From Planctomycetota bacterium (GTDB taxonomy: Bacteria > Planctomycetota > GCA-002687715 > DRQF01): 10,443 nt of DNA. Position 1 is the first letter of the stretch. The number at the start of each line of letters is the position of its first letter. The stretch lies in NCBI GenBank assembly GCA_027001995.1, contig JALTLO010000169.1, positions 1 to 10,443 on the forward strand. The letters are read 5' to 3'. Under the pieces are notes generated by a model. The model saw only the letters and a program-made list of their open reading frames with translations. It was not told the origin of the DNA and searched no databases. The translations under genes and the position numbers were made by a program. Shown here one piece after another: positions 1-6,552 of this stretch.

Positions 1-1
1 G

Positions 2-2047
2 TCTTATTTGGAGGCAAGGATCTTGGCCAAGAGTGGCCAAGTGAATGAGGCTATCGAGACCTACATGCGCTTGGCTTCCCGCATGCATGCTCAAGGCGAC
101 TTGGAAGGTGCCTTAAGTGCTTACAAATTGGTGGTCAGCTTCGACTCTGTCACCAAGGACATTTGCCAAGGGAAAATGGCAGACATTCGCCGTCAGCTCT
201 CCAAGAGACAGCGGCGCAAAGTCGCGGGCGTGGCCTTCTTCTTGACCTGCCTGGTGATAGTCGGTTCGGGTATTGCTTACCTCTATTATCACAACACAGC
301 GGAGGCCGTATTTGATCAAGCCCGGCAAGCCGAGTCAGATGCCATAACCGGGGAAGGTTGGTCGGCACAAGCCCAACGCTATGCTGCAATCGAAAGTGGC
401 TTCCCTCTCACGTTTGCTGCCAAAGAAGCCAGAGTGCTTCGTAAGCGGGCGGAAGGGAATGTCCAAAGGGCGCGTCTGCAAGTTCAAGCGGTGGCGAGTA
501 AGAAACGAGAGGATGGGCGAGCTAGCCTCAAAATGGCTGAGAATCATATGGATGTGGCTCGTAGCCACCTCGTTGTCGGTGATTTCAAACGCGCTCTCGT
601 CTCGTATCACAAGGCGGTGGCCGAGCTCAGGAGTTCATCCCAACAAGCCTGGGGTGATTTGCCCCCCCGCAATCTTTCTGCTCGTATCAAGGAAATCGAA
701 AACTATTTGGCTCGTGAAGAAAAATCCCTGTCGACAATCGAAGAGCTTCTTCGCCAGGGTGAGAACCGACGGGCCTATGATGAGGCCAGAAAGAACTTTT
801 TCCCCAAGAGTCAAGATAACTTGAGCGCCCAATCTGTGGTTGTAGTTTCTGCTGAAGCCATGGCCGCCCTTCGTGTGCCATTCGAAGTGCGAGCTGCCCC
901 CGCTGATGCAAAATATTCGGATGGTGCGGGCCATGATAGCCGAGGGGTTGCGCGACCAATTTTGACCGCTGATTCCCCTACGATTGATCTTGATATTTCT
1001 CGTCCAGGATTCAGAAGTCAAAGGCGGATGATCCACTGGGCCAAGAGTGCGTTCCGTACGGATGCCATCTTGGAGAAACTGCCAGCAGAGAGGCGAGAAA
1101 TCGGCGATCGCGTGGTCGACGTCAAGTTACGCGGCCCTGAGGTGATTTACTTGGCCGGTAATGGTGTGATTTATCGAAGCTCGACTTTAGGGGCACCACC
1201 ACGGAGGTTAGCACCCAAGTCCTTTGTCACACCTTCAACGCCCCTTGTTGTTACTGACAAGGGCTCAGCTTACGCAACGACGGAGGGGCAGGTCTTCTTT
1301 CTGTCTAAGAACCCCCGGGTGATGCCTCATTGGAAGACACGAGTCTCCCTTGACTCCGTTCGCGGCATGGTGGAGATGAATGGGATCTTCGTTGTGGTGA
1401 CTCATGATGGTGAGCCGAAGGTTCTGTTTTTGGATGCGAGGGGGAAGAAAATATCAGAGAGGATTCAACTTGACTCGCCGATTGTTCATCTAAGAAAACT
1501 TGGTGGCCTGCTCTATGCGGTTGACGAAGCCGGGAGCCTATTGAGAATTGATGCCGAGGCTAGGCAAATCCGTGGGAAGAAATCTGGGAACTTCGTTGGT
1601 GTTCCTTGTCTGGCAGGGTCCTCCCTGTTGATTCGTGATCGTCGGAATCAACTAGGAAAAGTGTCTCTGGATCTTCTGAGGTCTGAACCTCTCGATCAGA
1701 GTTTGCGTTTTGTTGGAGATCCGGTGGAATCCGGCGGGTATGTTCTTTGCACCCTCAGAGAAGGGGGAGTCTTGGAGTTAGACCAACAGCTTCGTAAGCG
1801 TGTACTTGGAAAAGGCTGGCGCAAGGTTCTCAGCAATACAACTGGGCACATCTTCCCTTTGTCAAACCGGAAGTTCCTGGTGGAGATGAAAGATGCTAGC
1901 CAAATCTTGATCGACGGCGGCACGGATACATTACGCTATGCACTCAGACCGGAGACCGGATCCCGGTCGATCCCATTCTCGTATAGCGGCCGGATCATCT
2001 TGGCTTGTCGGGATGTCCATGGTGCAATTGAAATCTACCGGGACTGA
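2..2047 (+). CDS. Single-pass membrane protein, 5'-truncated: TPR-like cytoplasmic helices, TM helix, helical region, PEGA-like segment and C-terminal PQQ/BamB-like beta-propeller
   Basis: Frame is open from position 2 (TCT TAT TTG GAG...) to TGA at 2045-2047, so the TTG at 8 is probably not the true start. TPR-like patterns (ARILAKSGQVNEAIETY; ASRMHAQGDLEGALSAYKLVV; ARSHLVVGDFKRALVSYHKA). Basic stretch KRQRRK precedes a hydrophobic helix VAGVAFFLTCLVIVGSGIAYLYY. PEGA-like FEVRAAPADA...LDISRPGFRS. Repeated short beta strands (AYATTEGQVFFL, LYAVDEAGSLLRID, VLCTLREGGVLELD). Confidence 0.75.
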   Translation, partial: SYLEARILAKSGQVNEAIETYMRLASRMHAQGDLEGALSAYKLVVSFDSVTKDICQGKMADIRRQLSKRQRRKVAGVAFFLTCLVIVGSGIAYLYYHNTAEAVFDQARQAESDAITGEGWSAQAQRYAAIESGFPLTFAAKEARVLRKRAEGNVQRARLQVQAVASKKREDGRASLKMAENHMDVARSHLVVGDFKRALVSYHKAVAELRSSSQQAWGDLPPRNLSARIKEIENYLAREEKSLSTIEELLRQGENRRAYDEARKNFFPKSQDNLSAQSVVVVSAEAMAALRVPFEVRAAPADAKYSDGAGHDSRGVARPILTADSPTIDLDISRPGFRSQRRMIHWAKSAFRTDAILEKLPAERREIGDRVVDVKLRGPEVIYLAGNGVIYRSSTLGAPPRRLAPKSFVTPSTPLVVTDKGSAYATTEGQVFFLSKNPRVMPHWKTRVSLDSVRGMVEMNGIFVVVTHDGEPKVLFLDARGKKISERIQLDSPIVHLRKLGGLLYAVDEAGSLLRIDAEARQIRGKKSGNFVGVPCLAGSSLLIRDRRNQLGKVSLDLLRSEPLDQSLRFVGDPVESGGYVLCTLREGGVLELDQQLRKRVLGKGWRKVLSNTTGHIFPLSNRKFLVEMKDASQILIDGGTDTLRYALRPETGSRSIPFSYSGRIILACRDVHGAIEIYRD

Positions 2048-2053
2048 AGAAAC

Positions 2054-2863
2054 ATGGTCGAAATCAAAGTAGACAGACAAGAAATTGTCTTTCGGATCAT
2101 CCTTTCTGGGCATCAGAAATCGACGAAATTTGCCACGATTCGTTCCTTGCACGATGACTTGGTAAATGATGGGGTGGAGGACCTCACAGTGATCCACGCC
2201 GGTGGTGACCGCATTGTTGGTTTTCGATGGCCATTGGATGAGCAGGATGGTCTATTCGGCATGAAGGTCGTTATCGACGTTATGGCGAGGCCCGGGGAAC
2301 TCCACACTTCAGCGAATGATGTTCTTATTTATCGTTCAGCGGATGCCATCATCTATTTGGATGACCGAGACCCAGATGTCCAGGCTGTGCCCACTCACTA
2401 TGCTGAGCTTCTTCAGCTTCTGGAGAGCCTCTCTCGAAAGCCAGAAGAGCTACCCATATTGGTGCAGACCTACGATGATGCCTCTCAAGATCGGAGGCCC
2501 CTGTTTGTCCACCGCAAGTCGAAGTGGGTGCCCGAATTGCACCGGGTGGGCAAGTCAGAGAAAAGGCCAATTGATGTCTTAGATGCTGCCAAGGCGCAGG
2601 TCTTGAGCAACTATCGAGCATACGAGAAAGAACTTGAGAGCCGGGGCTTGGAAGGCCATATCAAGATTCGCGACCGGGTCTATGAGTGTGTCCCAGTTGA
2701 CCCGCGAGTGGTACCGTCTCATGACCCCTTGGCTGGGGACGTGCGCTTGATCTCCAAAACAAATGATCACCCCAGGGCAAACATCAGGAGAACGCGCCTT
2801 TTGTTGCTTGTTGCTCTTGTTTGCACCATAGGCGCCGCAATTTTTGTCTCTATGTCCCTCTGA
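2054..2863 (+). CDS. MglA-like small-GTPase-fold protein with degenerate nucleotide-binding motifs and C-terminal transmembrane anchor
   Basis: By-eye colinear match to MglA as recalled: EIVFRIILSGHQKSTKF vs EINCKIVYYGPGLCGKT; GDRIVGF vs TDRTLFF; GMKVVIDVMARPGE vs GFKTRFHLYTVPGQ; LIYRSADAIIYLDD vs LILKGVDGVVFVAD; LPILVQ vs IPYVIQ. Ends in RRTR followed by LLLLVALVCTIGAAIFVSMSL. Confidence 0.75.
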   Translation: MVEIKVDRQEIVFRIILSGHQKSTKFATIRSLHDDLVNDGVEDLTVIHAGGDRIVGFRWPLDEQDGLFGMKVVIDVMARPGELHTSANDVLIYRSADAIIYLDDRDPDVQAVPTHYAELLQLLESLSRKPEELPILVQTYDDASQDRRPLFVHRKSKWVPELHRVGKSEKRPIDVLDAAKAQVLSNYRAYEKELESRGLEGHIKIRDRVYECVPVDPRVVPSHDPLAGDVRLISKTNDHPRANIRRTRLLLLVALVCTIGAAIFVSMSL

Positions 2864-3169
2864 GCTCGGAATCGGAACAATTTTTTTTGCTTCTCGTTTC
2901 TTCTCTCAAAACCTGTGTGTGGGGTCTTTTCTAAGTCCTTGCGCATCGTAACCTTCCAACAGGCCCCCAATCCCAGCCTCAAGCTTTGGCCATTTGTCTC
3001 TGGGACAACTTCCGGGGTGACACTCACTTTCCCGTCTCAAAGCGAACCTCCGACTAAATGATGCGCCGCCAGCCAGAACATCGTTATTGGTAAGGTCTTC
3101 TGACTCTGAATGCTCTCCGAGGTGATGATTGAGAGCCATTTACGCACGATGTCCGCTTTTGGAGATGGC

Positions 3170-3197
3170 TTGTTAGGTCCTGGGCCAAGTATATAAT
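3170..3197 (+). promoter_or_regulatory. Putative sigma70-type promoter for the 3272 gene
   Basis: TTGTTA (3170-3175), 16-nt spacer, perfect TATAAT (3192-3197), about 75 nt upstream of the ATG at 3272. Confidence 0.6.
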
Positions 3198-3271
3198 GCT
3201 CATCGACCTGCGAGGTATCCCGCTGGGTCAGCGCATTCTGGGAAACCCTGAAACAAAAGAGAGATGACTCA

Positions 3272-4249
3272 ATGTCCAACTCCCCACTGGTACAAGCTCC
3301 GTACAAAATCCGGAGCACCCTTGGGCGCCAGACGTTCGGTGACGTCAGTTGTCCTATAGGTGTCTACCCCTGTGGTGAGAATGTGACGTTGTCTCAAGGT
3401 TACGATTCACGTTTCGTCGTTGGTGATGAGCTCGTGGATGACCAGTACGAATATCGTATCTTGCTCTCCAATGAACGCGTCGCTGGAGTCATGGAGCAGT
3501 TGCTGGAGACTCTTTTGCCAGAGGAATCCTACGCGCTTTTTGAAGAACTCTCCTTCGACGCCTATCGGGATTCGGACACCTATCGTTCTTCGGAACCTGT
3601 GGAAACCAGTCGTCTGTTACAGGCATGGAATACCTACGGCGAGTATCTTGTTGAAGCTGGACGTTGTGGCTTCGGAGCTATCGCCCCAGAACCAGCGATT
3701 GAAGTCTTCATCGAGGAACACGGCACGATCTATGTCGCTTGTGGGCTGAAGAAACGGGAAGAGGTTGAAGGCTTGATTGCTCAGTTGGGTCTGACTCAGA
3801 TCACCGACATCCCTTGCATCGAGAACTTTGAACATCAGCATCGTGATATTCTCTTAGTTGATGACAAAGCTCTGATGGATGAATACGACATCAAGTTCTC
3901 TTTGGTCGAGAGCTTGGGCATGATTCCAGTCAATATTGACGAGGGCGTACCCAAGGGTACATTGACCCCATTTTGGGTTCATGTGGAGCACGACCTCAGC
4001 TTTGAAACTGGCACCGACGCACGTTTGGGCTTTTTTGGCTTTGGGGTTTCTGCCACAAGTTTTGCTGATGCGCTTGAGCTAGCACAAGCTCGAGTCACAG
4101 AGAAATTCCCCGACGCTCTATTGGCCCGTGTTCAGCAAATTTACCGTCTATTCCCGGAAGACGTTACGGAAGAGATCGCTCCCGAAGATCCAGCCCTCAT
4201 TGGCAAGCGTGGTGTTTGGTATGTGAGCGAACCAGAGTTCTGGGCCTAA
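3272..4249 (+). CDS. Hypothetical acidic cytoplasmic protein (325 aa)
   Basis: Long ORF with purine-rich AAAAGAGAGA upstream of the ATG and an upstream promoter. Globular alpha/beta-like composition rich in D/E; no signal peptide or TM helix; no family recognised. Confidence 0.8.
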   Translation: MSNSPLVQAPYKIRSTLGRQTFGDVSCPIGVYPCGENVTLSQGYDSRFVVGDELVDDQYEYRILLSNERVAGVMEQLLETLLPEESYALFEELSFDAYRDSDTYRSSEPVETSRLLQAWNTYGEYLVEAGRCGFGAIAPEPAIEVFIEEHGTIYVACGLKKREEVEGLIAQLGLTQITDIPCIENFEHQHRDILLVDDKALMDEYDIKFSLVESLGMIPVNIDEGVPKGTLTPFWVHVEHDLSFETGTDARLGFFGFGVSATSFADALELAQARVTEKFPDALLARVQQIYRLFPEDVTEEIAPEDPALIGKRGVWYVSEPEFWA

Positions 4250-4261
4250 CGCCCATGCCTT

Positions 4262-4361
4262 TTCTCTTGGTACCCAACCCCGAGGGGTGGCGCCAATGAG
4301 ATCAAGACGACCTCGCCGAACTGACGGTGGAGCTTAAGGCTGATCTCGCCAACCAAGAGAA
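4262..4361. other. Structured intergenic element with nested inverted repeats between convergent genes
   Basis: Perfect 10-bp inverted repeat TTCTCTTGGT (4262-4271) / ACCAAGAGAA (4352-4361). Inner IR GAGATCA (4298-4304) / TGATCTC (4341-4347). Small hairpins ACCC-CGAG-GGGT (4277-4288) and CTCGCCG-AACTGA-CGGTGGAG (4312-4332). Confidence 0.5.
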
Positions 4362-4397
4362 CCTCTCTTAACCACGAAATGTGCCTCGCCATGCCGA

Positions 4398-5036
4398 TTA
4401 TTGCTTGGCGCGGTATGGCCGCCAGTTTGCTCCATCGATGTACCATTTTCTTTGGCGGTAGATGAAGCGGTGGTGGGATTCACTGGGCATCGATTGAATC
4501 TTCTCAACATACTGGCTGAAAGTAATGTGGGGTTGGCCTTGGCTCGCTAAAGCCGTGTTGACCTCATACAAAATGGCTTTTTTCTCCGCCTCGACGAGGC
4601 TGCTAAAGTCGTAGGTCACTGTGAATGGGACGTTGACGGTGAGGGGGCGGTTGCGAACGGTCTTCGGCTTGCCATAGGTGATGTGGCTGCCCTTTGAGTT
4701 GATCAATGGGAAAAGCGTTTGGGCTAAGCTGCGGAGCTCGTCCATGGTCACGCCATAGAAGGGGTCGGACTTCTCGCGCACTGGAGTGAAGTACTCGTTG
4801 GTGGTTTCGTTTAGGAAACCGAAGTGAGAGAGGAATCCCCAAATGTCCCCTTTTCGGTAGCGCCCAATTGCTGATCTGGCCAAGAACTCTGGGTCTGGTT
4901 GATCAATTCCCAAAGGACTGGACTTGATGGTCGGAAGGGACTCTTTTTCTTCTTGCGCGGAATGACCTGCACAGCCAAGCAAGAAGAAAACTAGTGCAAT
5001 GGAGGCGATGATTCGCGTGTGTTTCATGCTATTCAT
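4398..5036 (-). CDS. Putative lipoprotein of unknown function (212 aa)
   Basis: Signal peptide II pattern: basic N-terminus (MKHTR), hydrophobic core (IIASIALVFF), lipobox LLGC. Start codon overlaps the upstream stop codon (ATGA, 5033-5036). Confidence 0.8.
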   Translation of the reverse strand: MNSMKHTRIIASIALVFFLLGCAGHSAQEEKESLPTIKSSPLGIDQPDPEFLARSAIGRYRKGDIWGFLSHFGFLNETTNEYFTPVREKSDPFYGVTMDELRSLAQTLFPLINSKGSHITYGKPKTVRNRPLTVNVPFTVTYDFSSLVEAEKKAILYEVNTALASQGQPHITFSQYVEKIQSMPSESHHRFIYRQRKWYIDGANWRPYRAKQ

Positions 5037-6382
5037 TTCAGATTGTAACGATCGATTTTCTTGTACAAATTGCTGCGCTGCATACCTAAGGATTCAGATG
5101 TGCGTTTGATGTTCCAGTCGTTCTCTTCGAGTTTCTTTTGTAGGTAGAGCCTTTCGCTCGTCGCCTTAAACTCTTCGAAGGTGCTGATGGCAAAGATGCT
5201 CTCGCTGAAGACGGCTGAGGCTTTAGTCGTCAGGTTTCCCAAGTCTTCCAAGGAGATCTCTTGATCGTGAGAGAGAAGCACGGCCCGCTCGCTGAAGTTT
5301 CGGAGTTCGCGAATGTTCCCTGGCCATTGCAGTCTGCGCATGTGGTCCAAAGCTTCTGGACTAAACTTCTTGGCTTCCAGGTCGTATTTATGGCAAATTT
5401 CGACGGTGAATTTCTCTAATAAGAGGGCAATATCTTCGGGGCGTTCTCGAAGGGGTGGAAGGTGGATGGGGATGACGTTGAGGCGAAAGAGAAGGTCTTC
5501 CCGGAAACGGCCCTCGGAGACCTCTTCTTCTAAATTCTTGTTGGTAGCAGCGATGACGCGGACATCCACTTCTAAGGACTCACTGCTTCCGACTCTTTGG
5601 ACTTCATTCGTTTCCAAGACTCGCAGCATTTTGGCTTGGGCTTCCATGGACATATCGCCAATTTCGTCCAAGAAAAGTGTACCTCCGTGGGCCTCTTCAA
5701 AACGTCCCTTTTTTTGTTGATCTGCCCCGGTGAAGGCGCCTTTTTCATGTCCGAAGAGTTCGCTTTCGATCAATTCGCTGGGAATGGCCGCACAGTTAAC
5801 GTCGACAAAGGGTTTGGCCATGCGTTTGGAGAAGGCATGGAGATTGCGGGCGACGAGCTCCTTGCCGGTTCCGTTGTCGCCGGTCACCAAAACGCGGGCA
5901 TCGGTGGGGCCGATCCTTTCGATTGTTTGCTTGAGCTCCAGGATAGCTTTTGAGGCCCCAAGGATGCGCCACTTGTCGGAGAGCTCTCCTCTGAGTGTTC
6001 GTGTTTCAGTCTTGAGAGCCGCATGTTCGAGGGCGTTGCGTAGACATAAAAGTAGGCGATCTTGGTCGAGAGGTTTCTCTAAAAAGTCGAAGGCGCCTCG
6101 TTTCGTGGCTTCCACTGCGGTGTCGATGGTTCCATGACCAGAGATCATGATGACCGGAAGGCCTGGCCTGGTTTCGGTGATCTTGGTGAGGGCCTCAAGA
6201 CCGTCCATTTCTGGCATTTTCACATCACAAATGACAGCGTCCAAATCGTTCGTTTTTTCGAGAGTCGCCAATGCCCTGCGGCCAGTTGAATCTTCTAATA
6301 CTTCATGGCGGGCATATCTCAAGATCATGCTTACGGATTGTCTTACGGAATCTTCATCGTCGACAATGAGAATCTTAGCCAT
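5033..6382 (-). CDS. Sigma54-dependent response regulator (receiver - AAA+ - Fis-type HTH), NtrC/NtrX/AtoC family
   Basis: Receiver domain KILIVDDE...ICDVKMPEMDG...MISGHG...FLEKP; Walker A GDNGTGKE; ESELFGHEKGAFTGA; Walker B TLFLDEIGDM; FREDLLFRLNV; WPGNIREL; C-terminal HTH WNIKRTSESLGMQRSNLYKKI. Start placed at the ATG at 6382 (MAKIL), which has an AAAAGGA Shine-Dalgarno sequence upstream, rather than 6418. Confidence 0.95.
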   Translation of the reverse strand: MAKILIVDDEDSVRQSVSMILRYARHEVLEDSTGRRALATLEKTNDLDAVICDVKMPEMDGLEALTKITETRPGLPVIMISGHGTIDTAVEATKRGAFDFLEKPLDQDRLLLCLRNALEHAALKTETRTLRGELSDKWRILGASKAILELKQTIERIGPTDARVLVTGDNGTGKELVARNLHAFSKRMAKPFVDVNCAAIPSELIESELFGHEKGAFTGADQQKKGRFEEAHGGTLFLDEIGDMSMEAQAKMLRVLETNEVQRVGSSESLEVDVRVIAATNKNLEEEVSEGRFREDLLFRLNVIPIHLPPLRERPEDIALLLEKFTVEICHKYDLEAKKFSPEALDHMRRLQWPGNIRELRNFSERAVLLSHDQEISLEDLGNLTTKASAVFSESIFAISTFEEFKATSERLYLQKKLEENDWNIKRTSESLGMQRSNLYKKIDRYNLK

Positions 6383-6472
6383 GGGCGAATGTCCTTTTCG
6401 AGGGCGTTGACGGAACAAAAGTCGTGAATATGGCTGAAAAACAAATGATTCACAGCTCGGCTGCCGGAGAGT

Positions 6473-6505
6473 ATCATAGCAGGGGGTTGGGCATTGGCCT
6501 ATGAT
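6473..6505. promoter_or_regulatory. Putative back-to-back -10 elements for the regulator operon (-) and anmK (+)
   Basis: Minus-strand extended -10 TGCTATGAT (6473-6481) and plus-strand TATGAT (6500-6505). No good -35 hexamers. Confidence 0.4.
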
Positions 6506-6552
6506 CAGAAACGTGACCTTGGTTTTGTTGAGTGATGAGTGGAGGGCTCCAG

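Noticed and set aside
3161..3200. GGAGATGGC resembling the 5' end of a fluoride riboswitch
   Set aside because: The pairing strand (YCYCC) and the downstream CUGAUG/CCUAC elements are absent; the sequence overlaps the -35 box instead.
2767..3318. Three short minus-strand ORFs (86, 77 and 93 aa) around the intergenic region
   Set aside because: No recognisable motifs or clear RBS; two overlap the flanking genes and they overlap each other.
4284..4350. GGGGTG...TGAGA and ATCAAGA resembling TPP or SAM-I riboswitch fragments
   Set aside because: Remaining core motifs are missing and the element lies at gene 3' ends, not in a leader.
5313..6410. Several plus-strand ORFs of 87-135 aa
   Set aside because: Antisense shadows of the sigma54 regulator gene.
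6383..6552. Sigma54 (-24/-12) promoter near the activator gene
   Set aside because: No TGGCAC-N5-TTGC-like site found by eye on either strand.
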